Shown here piece by piece: positions 1-9,544 of a stretch of 64,000 nt of DNA. The stretch covers positions 124,001 to 188,000 of the IMG/VR virus record IMGVR_UViG_3300022745_000017. The stretch is one strand, 5' to 3'. A model generated the notes under the pieces. That model had not been told where the DNA came from. It saw only the letters and a list, made by a program, of their open reading frames with translations, and made no database searches. Within the stretch, counting starts at the first letter, position 1, and the number at the start of each line of letters is the position of its first letter. A program made the position numbers and the translations under genes.

Positions 1-1
1 T

Positions 2-643
2 AATCAAGATGGTGAAGATTACTACACACCGCTCTTGTCCGATTTTGAGCGTGATGATGTCAAGGCTGCCATCATTGCACTAGCCACTTCTGCTCAGGTT
101 TCTTACTCGCAAAAGTCACTAGCAGAAGCACTGACTGCTTGCTATAGCCACTACGCTGATTACGTCTACATGCTCTCGCAGTCTCGTCAAAGTACACCTG
201 AAAAACAGGATGATGATGTCTGTTTGCCCATTGATTACCCACGTCTTGTCGACGTGTATGGAATTGGCAAGGAGCTGGTGCTGGTGGACGCCTCTGGCAA
301 GACAATCCCAGAAAAGACAAGTCAGCGGTTTGTAGGCGTGATTACATCGGCACAGATCTTTACCAGTGTCAAGCAAAATGGTACGCTAATGATGCTAGAC
401 GCACCATATGTGCGTTTTACGGCATCAAAAAAGGTCGGCCACGAACCGAGCTTTGTCGCACTGGTTCGACTTAACACCACAGCACACCCTGGGGCCGATC
501 AGGTTTGCTGGGAAGACGCCAATGTCGAGGAAGACTACTGGGCCGATGCTCGCCAGTACCTTTGGCTAATGGGCAATAAAAATCCAGTTCTCAAGAACAT
601 CAGGACAGAAAATCCCGGTGTTGACTGGAGTGTCTGGCAATGA
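2..643 (+). CDS. hypothetical phage protein, 5'-truncated by window edge
   Basis: frame of ORF 35..643 is open back to position 2; stop overlaps next ATG (ATGA). Confidence 0.75.
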   Translation, partial: NQDGEDYYTPLLSDFERDDVKAAIIALATSAQVSYSQKSLAEALTACYSHYADYVYMLSQSRQSTPEKQDDDVCLPIDYPRLVDVYGIGKELVLVDASGKTIPEKTSQRFVGVITSAQIFTSVKQNGTLMMLDAPYVRFTASKKVGHEPSFVALVRLNTTAHPGADQVCWEDANVEEDYWADARQYLWLMGNKNPVLKNIRTENPGVDWSVWQ

Positions 644-948
644 GCTTTGCACAAACGATCGCTGCGTTCTACATCTCCCAGTACCACCAGATCCAAGCCG
701 GTGGCTGGGCCGTGGCCATTACCATCATCATGCCTTACGTGCTGAGCGTCAACACCATGTTCAGCATGCACTACGTCGGCAAGCTGCGCACCATTGGCTG
801 GGCACTCCAGTTGGGTGGACAGTTTGGCTGGCTGCTGTGGATGGTGGTGTCTCAGAACTTCGGGTTCTTGTTGCTCAACGCCTTCATGTGGTATGTGATC
901 ATCAAGAACCTCTTGGCCTGGCGTAAGAACCCGCCGTCACAAGGCTAA
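640..948 (+). CDS. small 3-TM membrane protein, PnuC/SemiSWEET-like half transporter
   Basis: three hydrophobic helices with GW..Q..WL.W...GF...N..W pattern; strong codon bias. Confidence 0.5.
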   Translation: MSFAQTIAAFYISQYHQIQAGGWAVAITIIMPYVLSVNTMFSMHYVGKLRTIGWALQLGGQFGWLLWMVVSQNFGFLLLNAFMWYVIIKNLLAWRKNPPSQG

Positions 949-1020
949 ACAACAACCACTGCGCTGTACTGCTTGGCTAAATACCAAGCAGTACAGCGCT
1001 CTTTTTTGAGGATGATAAAC

Positions 1021-1440
1021 ATGTCTGGTTTTAAAGCATTTCTGGAATTGGCTCAGATGGAACAAGAGGAGTTAATCCAGCCAGCTGATGGTAGTGGCGC
1101 TATCGCTGTGACTTATTATGTTGACTTTCATGGCACACGCTACCGTGTAAAATGCGAGTATGTTAATAACGCAGTTGGAGCTACTAACGAGATCTCTTTC
1201 ACGCATAGTGACGAAGGGTTTAACTTACAGGAAGCTCTCACGACCCGCAAGGATGAGTTAATCTTTCAATACCTCATCAGGATGCCTAAGCGCAATACAC
1301 GGATTTATCTGGCCTTCGACGATGCAAACAACGAGGCTAGCTGTATTTGCAAACACCCCCGTTGGTGCATCAAGATCACCACCACTAAAATAACCAAACA
1401 GCTCGCAGAGGTTAACAATGAAAAAGTTCAACCCGAGTGA
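1021..1440 (+). CDS. hypothetical protein
   Basis: ORF with GAGG SD before ATG 1021. Confidence 0.7.
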   Translation: MSGFKAFLELAQMEQEELIQPADGSGAIAVTYYVDFHGTRYRVKCEYVNNAVGATNEISFTHSDEGFNLQEALTTRKDELIFQYLIRMPKRNTRIYLAFDDANNEASCICKHPRWCIKITTTKITKQLAEVNNEKVQPE

Positions 1441-1903
1441 GTTAGCACAGGTGCGCCAGCGGGTAGAAGAGTTGATGGCTAAGCCCATTGATGAAAATGT
1501 CGAACCTGAGCTACTGGCTTGTGAGTTGAGTAGCTTATACTGGGCTGGCAGCTTTTACAACGCGCTCATGCGCTCTGTGCACATGGCGTGGCGAGGTAGA
1601 ATCACTGTAGATGAGCGCCCGGTCATCTCTGGCGTTTTTGTGTGCTCAAAGTACCTACACCTCGATGTCTTGATCGCTGAGGGTAGTCTGGTTAGACAAC
1701 TATTCAATGAAACCAATACCGAGCCTGCTACCGACCCTACAAAGGCTATCCGGGCCATACTACCTGACTGCCACATCTTCGGTCAGTACTTTGAAAACAA
1801 CGGCAAGACGTACCGCGCAGTCTACACATTTCGTGTGAGTGGCTTCAAAGAGCCACCTATCTTACTTATCTCAACCACCTCTTGCAAGAAAGAACTGTTA
1901 TGA
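1418..1903 (+). CDS. hypothetical protein
   Basis: GAGG SD, overlaps neighbours in operon fashion. Confidence 0.75.
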   Translation: MKKFNPSELAQVRQRVEELMAKPIDENVEPELLACELSSLYWAGSFYNALMRSVHMAWRGRITVDERPVISGVFVCSKYLHLDVLIAEGSLVRQLFNETNTEPATDPTKAIRAILPDCHIFGQYFENNGKTYRAVYTFRVSGFKEPPILLISTTSCKKELL

Positions 1904-2481
1904 GCCAACAAGAATATGTGATCGGTGAACAAGTCGGTCAATGCTTACTAGCGACGGAGCGCGCTGACATCTTTCTTTTTCAGCGACTACCCGATGACAA
2001 TGGTAAGGCGCGCTACATGGAGATCTCTAGTAAGCAAGAGGTCGACGTGTATTACCGCTTCAAAGATGATAAAATCATTTTTGTTGATAAAGATAAGGAG
2101 AAGTCAGAGATCGTTGTGGAAAAGTTTGAAGCTGGCTACACAGTTGTTTCCGAAGAACAATTGGTTAGTCTCTACTCCTTGGAGTTCACATGGCAAAACA
2201 TCCCGATTGCCTGGACCTCAGAAGTGGCGCAAGCTCAGGGTAAGGCTATTACTGCGCTGAAGAACCAACGAGTTAAATACCGTCCGTCACCACCACCTGA
2301 GCGTCTAGAAACTATGGTCGATGAGAAGATCATCTATGTACTCTCGACTGCACTCGATGAGTTGGTGTCAGCTTGCCTAGATGAGAAGGGCAGTCCTGTT
2401 GCTCCTAGCAAAGCCGCGATCGCTAAGGCGCGCTCGATGCTACCGGCCAAGTACAAGAACACCTTTGTGAAGAAGGTGTAA
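1900..2481 (+). CDS. hypothetical protein
   Basis: ATGA coupling to upstream gene; followed by hairpin + T-tract. Confidence 0.75.
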   Translation: MSQQEYVIGEQVGQCLLATERADIFLFQRLPDDNGKARYMEISSKQEVDVYYRFKDDKIIFVDKDKEKSEIVVEKFEAGYTVVSEEQLVSLYSLEFTWQNIPIAWTSEVAQAQGKAITALKNQRVKYRPSPPPERLETMVDEKIIYVLSTALDELVSACLDEKGSPVAPSKAAIAKARSMLPAKYKNTFVKKV

Positions 2482-2489
2482 GCTGCTGA

Positions 2490-2534
2490 CACTGGGGTGA
2501 CTTGGCTCACCCCAGTGCCGGTTTGTTTCTTTTT
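2490..2534 (+). terminator. intrinsic terminator
   Basis: CACTGGGGTGA..TCACCCCAGTG stem followed by T-rich tract. Confidence 0.75.
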
Positions 2535-2552
2535 ATTCGATCCTAGAAAATC

Positions 2553-2628
2553 TCAGTCACATATATCAATGGTGAGTTAGTGATGGTGTTAAGCTGACTC
2601 GCTTCTATTTTACACCCGGAGATTGATC
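2553..2628 (+). promoter_or_regulatory. promoter motif + pseudoknot leader copy 1
   Basis: TCAGTCACATATA; stem 2572-2580/2594-2602; loop GGTGT 2585-2589 pairs ACACC 2612-2616; SD GGAG 2618. Confidence 0.8.
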
Positions 2629-3003
2629 ATGCGTATTGTTGTTACCCAAGCTGAGTTCGCTCTGTTCGCCAAACAAAATGCTGCGCTGGCAGCACTGGTG
2701 AAGAAAGAGTTTGGGATTGACCTCAAAGGTGAGGAGATCTCAATGCAAGAAGTGGCTGCAAAGTTGTCATCGAAAACGAAGTCTACCTGGGCTGACGCCT
2801 GGGTAGACCAGGATACTGAGTGCCTCGTGATCTACGTCTCGGAAGATGCCTTGCGCATCTCTGGTGCGATGATGCTGGAAAACGCCGAAGCGATCTTTGC
2901 GATCGGTAAGGCTTTCTACGCAGTATTCAGCATGGTTAAACCCATGCTGAAAGGTATTGTGGCACGGGCGGATGCCATCCGCCAGCGCTACGTGCTGAAG
3001 TGA
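2629..3003 (+). CDS. hypothetical early protein
   Basis: GGAG SD, own promoter and terminator. Confidence 0.8.
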   Translation: MRIVVTQAEFALFAKQNAALAALVKKEFGIDLKGEEISMQEVAAKLSSKTKSTWADAWVDQDTECLVIYVSEDALRISGAMMLENAEAIFAIGKAFYAVFSMVKPMLKGIVARADAIRQRYVLK

Positions 3004-3058
3004 TTACAGTGGGCCTAGGCCCACTGTAATCAGAGAAACCGGAAACGGTTTCTTTTTT
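3001..3058 (+). terminator. 32-bp perfect palindrome (GGCCTAGGCC core) plus small hairpin and T-tract
   Basis: TGATTACAGTGGGCCT|AGGCCCACTGTAATCA then GAAACCGGAAACGGTTTC-TTTTTT. Confidence 0.75.
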
Positions 3059-3076
3059 CATTCGAGATATAGACAA

Positions 3077-3151
3077 TCACATATACTCACCTTGATGAGC
3101 AATGGTGTTGCGCTTATCACTTCAAACATTTACACCAAAAAGGTTAACAAC
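3077..3151 (+). promoter_or_regulatory. promoter motif + pseudoknot leader copy 2
   Basis: TCACATATA; stem 3093-3100/3112-3119; loop TGGTGT 3103-3108 pairs ACACCA 3132-3137; SD AAGG. Confidence 0.75.
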
Positions 3152-3607
3152 ATGGACCATAAACAAGTCCTCAGAATTCTCCAAGGTAAGCCTAACTACG
3201 TGCCAGGCTACCCTTTCGCAGGACAGTTCACTGTCATGGAGCCATCTCCTGACTTGCCCTCCCGTGAGTTGTTCTTTGCGGACGAGTCTGGTAGCGTTAA
3301 GCTGCTTGCCTCATTTGCTTCGTGCAAATACAAAGGTAGCCGTATTCTGTTTGACCGTGTAGAGTTTGAGTGGCGTGAGGTGACACCACCCTCACAAGCC
3401 CTACGATTCCTGCACAGCTTTGAGCCTCTTAAAGATGGTGTCTTAGACTTCCTGATCATGGCCCCGTCAGTGCGTCTGTACCGGCTCGACACCACACGAG
3501 CTGTCAAGCACATCTCTCCTATCGGCAAGGTGGACAAGCTGTTCATCAAGCTAGATAGTAGCTGGGACAGCACTGACGCTTTCATCATCACTCGCGTAAT
3601 GGCCTAA
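3152..3607 (+). CDS. hypothetical early protein
   Basis: ATG 3152 after AAGG SD; terminator downstream. Confidence 0.75.
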   Translation: MDHKQVLRILQGKPNYVPGYPFAGQFTVMEPSPDLPSRELFFADESGSVKLLASFASCKYKGSRILFDRVEFEWREVTPPSQALRFLHSFEPLKDGVLDFLIMAPSVRLYRLDTTRAVKHISPIGKVDKLFIKLDSSWDSTDAFIITRVMA

Positions 3608-3740
3608 CCGGGTCACTACGCGAGGAGAAGCACCTGCGGGTGCTTTTTCTTTTTGTCGATTCTATTTTATCACAGCACCATATCACTTGAGTAGTCATGG
3701 CGCAGTGCTATGACCTTCTTAGCTTAGAAAGGCTACTATC

Positions 3741-4238
3741 ATGTTCAAGAATATCGTGGGTATTTTGCTGGGGTTGGTGCTCTGTATTTTGGTGAGTGCC
3801 TGTGGGCAGAGCAAGCCGCCCGAGATCCCTGTGGTCGTGGCAGCCAGTGCACCCGAAACCAAGGTCAAGGTAGTGCCTTACGAGACGTGGAGCAAGAACT
3901 CTGCGGCCAGTCGTGACAACCTCACCATCAACGCCAACGCCTACCGATCCAGTTCTGCGCGTTTGAAGGGCTACAACTTCATTGACCGGGCGGACTCCAC
4001 GATTGGCTCCAAGTGTTCGGTTGGTCATGGCTGGGCTGAAGTCATCTTCACCAAAGCGGATGAAGAAAAGAAAGATGCCACAGGCAACCCCGTCATCCAC
4101 CGTATCTCGGTGTGGTGCAGCACGTTTGACAAGTCTCGCGGCTGCATGTTGGACGACGTGTTTCGCAAGTCGAACTACACCACCGAGGCGCAAGAATGCC
4201 AAGACGGTAAACTGCCTGACCCCCTGCCGCGCATCTGA
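3741..4238 (+). CDS. putative lipoprotein
   Basis: signal peptide ending LVSA-C lipobox; several further Cys. Confidence 0.7.
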   Translation: MFKNIVGILLGLVLCILVSACGQSKPPEIPVVVAASAPETKVKVVPYETWSKNSAASRDNLTINANAYRSSSARLKGYNFIDRADSTIGSKCSVGHGWAEVIFTKADEEKKDATGNPVIHRISVWCSTFDKSRGCMLDDVFRKSNYTTEAQECQDGKLPDPLPRI

Positions 4239-4239
4239 C

Positions 4240-4356
4240 ATGTTCACCATCCCTACCTTCTTGGCCAACATCGGTGCCGCTGTCGTGGTGACTGCCCTCT
4301 TGGGCACTGGCGGTGTCGTGGGTTGGTACGCCCATAAGTACCTGGGTAAGAAATAA
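4240..4356 (+). CDS. 38-aa single-TM peptide
   Basis: MFTIPTFLANIGAAVVVTALLGTGGVVGWYAHKYLGKK; starts 1 nt after lipoprotein stop; hairpin follows. Confidence 0.6.
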   Translation: MFTIPTFLANIGAAVVVTALLGTGGVVGWYAHKYLGKK

Positions 4357-4422
4357 GCCCTGGACAGTGTGTACGGTTAACACCCGTACACACTGTCTAA
4401 CCACTCTCATTGAAAGATTTTT

Positions 4423-5205
4423 ATGCGCAGACTCACTCAACAACAAGCTCATGTCCATCAATACTTCGATGGTCGCACACGTCTTTTCATCACGAAAGAT
4501 TCCCTAAGCTCTGAAGATTCTCGTATCCAGGTCTATCGCGGCGTGATCAAAACCATTAGCATTGCCACAACAAACCAGGACGGCACTCCCAGTAAGAGAG
4601 CAATTGCCCACTACGAGGCTGTCGTAGAAAATGTGGGGTCTATATTTACAACAGTACTCTTGTCAGAGCAATTAGACAGTCTTGAGCGCGGGATTATCTG
4701 GAATACCAATCCTAACACAGTACACGATCTTAACAGTCGCTTCTTTGTGTCTGCAAAGCAAATCGCCATGTGGAGACCGCAGCAAGAGCGAATCCGTTTC
4801 TACGAGTCCATATGTCTGAATCACAAAGATTTGGTCACTTTGCATGGCTTTGATCTGTTGTACCTAGATCAGATCAAGAAGATCCAGAACTCCGGCTTGA
4901 GTGGGGCGTATGCGCCTATTGAGAAACACGAAATAGGTACGTTGACCAAGGCTGCTCGGCAAAACAATCCAGGAATCGATTCATCTTTTTGGACTGAAAA
5001 CAATGTGAAACCGGGCCACAATATCAGTGACACCTCTCTCACATTGGTCGACGAATCGGGGTTTGGTATCTTTAGCATTTTCAAGATCACAGACGATACC
5101 TACACGTTGGAGGAAGCCTGTGATGGATGCTACACGCGTGACTTCACCAAGCGACAACTCATCGAGCAACTGCGCAGCGCAATCAACTGGATTGAAAGAC
5201 AATGA
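4423..5205 (+). CDS. hypothetical protein
   Basis: 260-aa ORF coupled to next gene. Confidence 0.7.
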   Translation: MRRLTQQQAHVHQYFDGRTRLFITKDSLSSEDSRIQVYRGVIKTISIATTNQDGTPSKRAIAHYEAVVENVGSIFTTVLLSEQLDSLERGIIWNTNPNTVHDLNSRFFVSAKQIAMWRPQQERIRFYESICLNHKDLVTLHGFDLLYLDQIKKIQNSGLSGAYAPIEKHEIGTLTKAARQNNPGIDSSFWTENNVKPGHNISDTSLTLVDESGFGIFSIFKITDDTYTLEEACDGCYTRDFTKRQLIEQLRSAINWIERQ

Positions 5206-5582
5206 AACCACAACCTCCCGAGAGCTCCTATGTGCGAGATGAAGAGATAGAGGTAAAGCCGCCTCTACCTCCAAAACCGCTACCACCAACCCGGCCTAAC
5301 AACAGAGTGACTGAGACAGGATTCTCTTCATTACCACCCCAATTAGTAGCAGTCATCCTTGTGGCTGTTATATTGCTGTTTATCTTACTGATGGTTGGAG
5401 CAGAAAAATCTGATCGCCATGTGTACCCTATACGAGTCGACGTAGTTGAGAGACTACCTGATAGTCAACCAGGTATGACCTGTGACAAATACACTGAGCG
5501 CAGATGTAAGGACGCCAGTCAAACAGAATGTGTGGTCTGGGGATCACCACGGATATCTTGCTACCAGAGGAGTGCCAAATGA
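5202..5582 (+). CDS. membrane-anchored protein with Pro-rich N-terminus and 4-Cys C-domain
   Basis: TM segment LVAVILVAVILLFILLMVG; ATGA overlaps on both sides. Confidence 0.7.
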   Translation: MKPQPPESSYVRDEEIEVKPPLPPKPLPPTRPNNRVTETGFSSLPPQLVAVILVAVILLFILLMVGAEKSDRHVYPIRVDVVERLPDSQPGMTCDKYTERRCKDASQTECVVWGSPRISCYQRSAK

Positions 5583-5989
5583 ACAACCCGGCAATAGAAG
5601 AGCAGTTGCACAGCTTCGAAAAACAGATTAAAAATACCCTCAAAGTAGTTGCTAACGCAGATGGCTACAGCGAAGATGGTTGGTCTGGCGTACATCCGGC
5701 AGACCGACAAAAGGTCGCTGATGTTTTGCTAGGCGGTATCGCCTCTCTAAAAGCCATATATGCAGCAGCTCAGCATGGTCGCACTAACACCGTCGATGAG
5801 CTCCGTGAAAAACTAATGCTGGGTTGGAGCACTACCAAGTATGAGTTTAAATCGTCCTACGACACAGTTCGACATTACCGGGACCTCGCTACTTGTCTGG
5901 AGTCTCAGATCTGTATCTTTAGCTGGACAGTTTCAAAAAGCGGTGAGATTGATAATACACTAGGTGCACGCACCAGGTTGGCGTCTTAA
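5579..5989 (+). CDS. hypothetical protein
   Basis: GAGGAG SD, ATG 5579. Confidence 0.75.
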   Translation: MNNPAIEEQLHSFEKQIKNTLKVVANADGYSEDGWSGVHPADRQKVADVLLGGIASLKAIYAAAQHGRTNTVDELREKLMLGWSTTKYEFKSSYDTVRHYRDLATCLESQICIFSWTVSKSGEIDNTLGARTRLAS

Positions 5990-6000
5990 CCCAGTTTTCT

Positions 6001-6081
6001 TCAGTCACATATATCAATGGTGAGTCTTTGATGGTGTTAAAGGACTCACCTATCTGAAACATACACCCTGGAGTATTTATC
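6001..6081 (+). promoter_or_regulatory. promoter motif + pseudoknot leader copy 3
   Basis: TCAGTCACATATA; stem 6019-6029/6040-6050; GGTGT 6033-6037 pairs ACACC 6063-6067; SD GGAG 6070. Confidence 0.8.
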
Positions 6082-6510
6082 ATGCGCAAGTCCAACAGCA
6101 ACCCCGCCGACACATACATTCGCCTGATGGAGGCGGCCTCCTTAGCGAAAGCCATCTGCATTGCGATCTATGGGTCGGTGGAGAATTTCCCGAAAGACTG
6201 GGGGACAAACCTGGCGAAGTACCCTCGGCTTGCCCAATGGAAAGCTCTGCGGAGCAAGGCCGCCGACGCGGGCGAGAAGCTCTTGTCTGAGCATAAGGGG
6301 CCGGATAAACAGCGAGAGCTGTTTGTCCACTTCATGATCTACAAAGGTGACACCCTGGTGGACAAAATGGCTGCTGTGCGGTTGACGCACATTGTGAAGC
6401 CCAACACTGAAACGGCGGGGCTACTCCACATCCCAGTGGAGCACTTAGGTGCGCAGCAGCTCCAAGCCGAGCTGAACCTGTTCTTGGACACCCACCGGAT
6501 CTACGTGTAA
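6082..6510 (+). CDS. hypothetical early protein
   Basis: SD + ATG; terminator 6523-6568. Confidence 0.8.
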   Translation: MRKSNSNPADTYIRLMEAASLAKAICIAIYGSVENFPKDWGTNLAKYPRLAQWKALRSKAADAGEKLLSEHKGPDKQRELFVHFMIYKGDTLVDKMAAVRLTHIVKPNTETAGLLHIPVEHLGAQQLQAELNLFLDTHRIYV

Positions 6511-6522
6511 GTCTGGTGGGCT

Positions 6523-6568
6523 AGCTACGGGTGGGCCTCGGCCCACCCGTAGCTGCTCTTTCTTTTTT
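6523..6568 (+). terminator. intrinsic terminator
   Basis: AGCTACGGGTGGGCC-TC-GGCCCACCCGTAGCT + T-tract. Confidence 0.8.
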
Positions 6569-6639
6569 GTTTCGATTCATCTACACCCACATATCACCTA
6601 CGTGGTCTAATCTAGACTATCACTGTGAGAGTACTTATC

Positions 6640-7830
6640 ATGATCAATACGCAATCCCTGATGGAAAACTTGCAAAATGGCAAGACCGTCTACCGTGTCG
6701 GCTTTCGCTATGATCAAAACAGCAAGCAACCCATCTACAAGCTGTTCGAAGTCATTGGTTACCGAGCCGTGGTGGCCATGTCGCACACAGCTATTCACTC
6801 ATCTGTTCCAATGCCTGAGGTTAAAATGGCAGCGATCTTGAAAGGATCGTGCGAGCAAGACATCTATATCCTTGGTGGGCGACCTTCTAAAACGGATGGG
6901 GTCGAGACATGGATGATGATTTATGGTCGCTCCATCTGTAGTAACCATTACGACATTACCCGAGAGAAAGATCATGGTGACATCTGGTTTGAAGTACAGA
7001 TGTACGCTAACCTCACCTACGACAGTGAGCTGATGATCGGGGCTATCAAAGCGTTCCCCCAGGCTTGGCAAGCTGTGCCGGATGAGCTGTTGGGCGCTGC
7101 TTATTGCCTGAACTGCTACGCAGACGAGACACCTATTGATTTCGAACTCCTGAAAGCCCTGCGCAGCGGGGATACCGTGTCTGAAAAACTGGTGATCAGT
7201 ACGAAAAGCTGGGATGGTGGCCATCCCACTGACACACCTAAGGCTTATAACAAACAAGGCCTGGTGGTTACTGACCCATTTGGTCGGAGCAGCCCCACTG
7301 ACATGAGCGTCGTTCCGGCAGGGAAATTCAACCGTGCTGGCCCTACGGGGGATGGTAAGGAGTATTCCCATCACGCTTGGGTCAATCGCTTGCCTGGCTT
7401 GGTGCCTTCCTCACAACACGCATCTGCGCCCAATACCTTCAAGTGTACAGATTGCGTGCAACAAGTGACCATGTTTTGCCCAGGTGATCATAGCGGTTGT
7501 CCGAATGATTTCCGAGGTATTCGTGAGGCCATGGCTGTCGTCGCTGAAATAAATGAGTCGCCAGCCAGTGGTGAAGATGTAGGGGTTGAATCGCCGGCAG
7601 AAGTGTCTGCGTTTGCTGCGCAGCATCGCTTCGATTGTCCCACCACTTTAGAGCAGGCGCGTGAAAGCGCTGATAACCAAAGACCGGTGGTCGCGGGGTT
7701 GAGCGCTTTCTTCGATCCATCAAAAGCTTACGAGGAGGCAAATCTGAAAACTGATGAGCTGCCGCGTCAGGAGTCTAGTGATACCTCATCGCAAAGCGAC
7801 ACATCGACGCCCGATACATCCCAGGACTGA
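6640..7830 (+). CDS. hypothetical protein, paralog family A
   Basis: shares FP..W....Y.L..Y.DE motif with 8674 and 9545 ORFs; Ser/Asp-rich tail. Confidence 0.75.
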   Translation: MINTQSLMENLQNGKTVYRVGFRYDQNSKQPIYKLFEVIGYRAVVAMSHTAIHSSVPMPEVKMAAILKGSCEQDIYILGGRPSKTDGVETWMMIYGRSICSNHYDITREKDHGDIWFEVQMYANLTYDSELMIGAIKAFPQAWQAVPDELLGAAYCLNCYADETPIDFELLKALRSGDTVSEKLVISTKSWDGGHPTDTPKAYNKQGLVVTDPFGRSSPTDMSVVPAGKFNRAGPTGDGKEYSHHAWVNRLPGLVPSSQHASAPNTFKCTDCVQQVTMFCPGDHSGCPNDFRGIREAMAVVAEINESPASGEDVGVESPAEVSAFAAQHRFDCPTTLEQARESADNQRPVVAGLSAFFDPSKAYEEANLKTDELPRQESSDTSSQSDTSTPDTSQD

Positions 7831-7896
7831 TTGAACCCCAGTACACTAGGTGAGGGTCTACTCACCTAGTGTACGTCCTCTATCTCGGAGTTTTAT

Positions 7897-8208
7897 ATGG
7901 AAGTTTTCACACCTCCGGCTATCGGTAGTCATTTTGTTGGCTTTAAAGGCCCTCAGACTCCCGATAATACGTTTACTTTTAAGCGCTTTACAGTAGTTGG
8001 CTATGTGCCGATGATGTGCGCGTTTGAAATAGGCGTAAGACAGATGCAAGGCTTGCACTTGCAAGACGAAGAAAAGGTCGATTACTACCAGGCTGGCACT
8101 TGGTTACAAGATCAACAAATCTGGTTCTACCGGGTTTGTCCTACTGGCTGCGCCGGGCCTTCAGTGATACAGACAAAAGACGGTAGCGACATCTGGTTAA
8201 CCCAATAA
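7897..8208 (+). CDS. hypothetical protein, paralog family A (short duplicate)
   Basis: closely similar to 8229..8660 (GLHLQDEE.VDYYQAGTW). Confidence 0.75.
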   Translation: MEVFTPPAIGSHFVGFKGPQTPDNTFTFKRFTVVGYVPMMCAFEIGVRQMQGLHLQDEEKVDYYQAGTWLQDQQIWFYRVCPTGCAGPSVIQTKDGSDIWLTQ

Positions 8209-8228
8209 ACCCTGTACTTGGAGTTTTT

Positions 8229-8660
8229 ATGTCAATTTTCAAACAACCGTCTATCGGCAGTCGCATCATTGGCTTTAAACGCCTCGCGCTGCCTGACAAT
8301 ACTTATACCTTCAAAATCTTCACAGTGGTTGGCTATGTGCCGATGCTCTATGAAAATATGCACACGGTATGTCCGGATGAGGGCCTACATCTGCAAGACG
8401 AAGAGCAAGTCGATTACTACCAAGCAGGTACGTGGGTGCCAGATCAACAAACCTGGTACTGCCAAGAGCATCCAGTAGAATACGCGGGTCGTTTTCATAT
8501 ACAGACCAAAGGTGGTACAGACATTTGGACAAATGCCTTACCATATATCGCCAACAAAGAATACAATTGGCAAGGGCTAACCCAAGCTATTGTATTTCGC
8601 AGCCCTCAGGAAATCAAAACCCTGGTGGATGGCCACATTCATTTCGTAGATATCGATTAA
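8229..8660 (+). CDS. hypothetical protein, paralog family A
   Basis: P.IGS..IGFK...FTVVGYVPM; GGAG SD. Confidence 0.8.
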   Translation: MSIFKQPSIGSRIIGFKRLALPDNTYTFKIFTVVGYVPMLYENMHTVCPDEGLHLQDEEQVDYYQAGTWVPDQQTWYCQEHPVEYAGRFHIQTKGGTDIWTNALPYIANKEYNWQGLTQAIVFRSPQEIKTLVDGHIHFVDID

Positions 8661-8673
8661 AGGAAACTATCAC

Positions 8674-9459
8674 ATGCCTAAATACCTGCACCAGGTCATT
8701 ATTCATCCCGAAGATCTATCCAACATTGTCAACCTCCAACCAACTCAAGCGGTCTTGGACTTTGGCTATGACGATTACATGAACCAGATACCAGCACCGG
8801 CTATTGGCGCTAAGCGTGTGGCCGTCATGTTGACTGAAAAAGGAGAGTGGTTTAATAAAGTCATCACGGGGGTTGACTACAGAGTATTGACTGTGACGGA
8901 GTACACGCACGTCAAAGCGGTTAACCTAGGTGACAAGAGATCGATTTCACCGTCTATCATGAACAGTAACTCTCGGTATCCTATCTACACCGATAGTGAA
9001 GGGCTCGCTTACATCCCTGGTGGCAACAGCATCTTCGGTCGTGAAGGTGAATACCTGTTGTATGGTCGTCACAACACCCTCAGCAGCTGTGCAGTGCTCA
9101 AGGTGGTAAAGAATGGTGAAGTCATTGGTGAGGCCGTTGAAGTCCAAGCTGTTGATTTCAACTGGTATCAAAATGAATTCAAAAACATAGCGATGGTGTT
9201 GTTCCCAGAGGTCTTTCAAGAGATCGATCATGCCCACATGGACTATGCTTATAACCTGCCGCTCTACATCGACGAGCCGGCAGTAGACATCGAAGCTATC
9301 TTGAAACAAAAGGCCCCTGAGCTGGCAGGAAAATCCTCAGGAGTTAAAGGCTTCAAGCGCCGTGGGCTCAAATCCTACTTTTTAGAGCGCCCTACCATCA
9401 GGCCTAACGTGGTTGGGTGGCAAGACGTTACAGCGATTTTAGACACTGAATTAAGCTAA
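8674..9459 (+). CDS. hypothetical protein, paralog family A
   Basis: PAIGAKRVA...LTV; NLPLYIDEP. Confidence 0.8.
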   Translation: MPKYLHQVIIHPEDLSNIVNLQPTQAVLDFGYDDYMNQIPAPAIGAKRVAVMLTEKGEWFNKVITGVDYRVLTVTEYTHVKAVNLGDKRSISPSIMNSNSRYPIYTDSEGLAYIPGGNSIFGREGEYLLYGRHNTLSSCAVLKVVKNGEVIGEAVEVQAVDFNWYQNEFKNIAMVLFPEVFQEIDHAHMDYAYNLPLYIDEPAVDIEAILKQKAPELAGKSSGVKGFKRRGLKSYFLERPTIRPNVVGWQDVTAILDTELS

Positions 9460-9544
9460 GGCACACAAACCCCTATACTCACTCTAGCAGTGCCTTAGTG
9501 GGCCTGCTAGAGTGGTTTAAACACGTTTTAAAGAGGTATTTCAA

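Noticed and set aside
3708-4307. 199-aa minus-strand ORF and similar short antisense ORFs across the window
   Set aside because: They overlap better-supported plus-strand genes that have SDs and operon coupling
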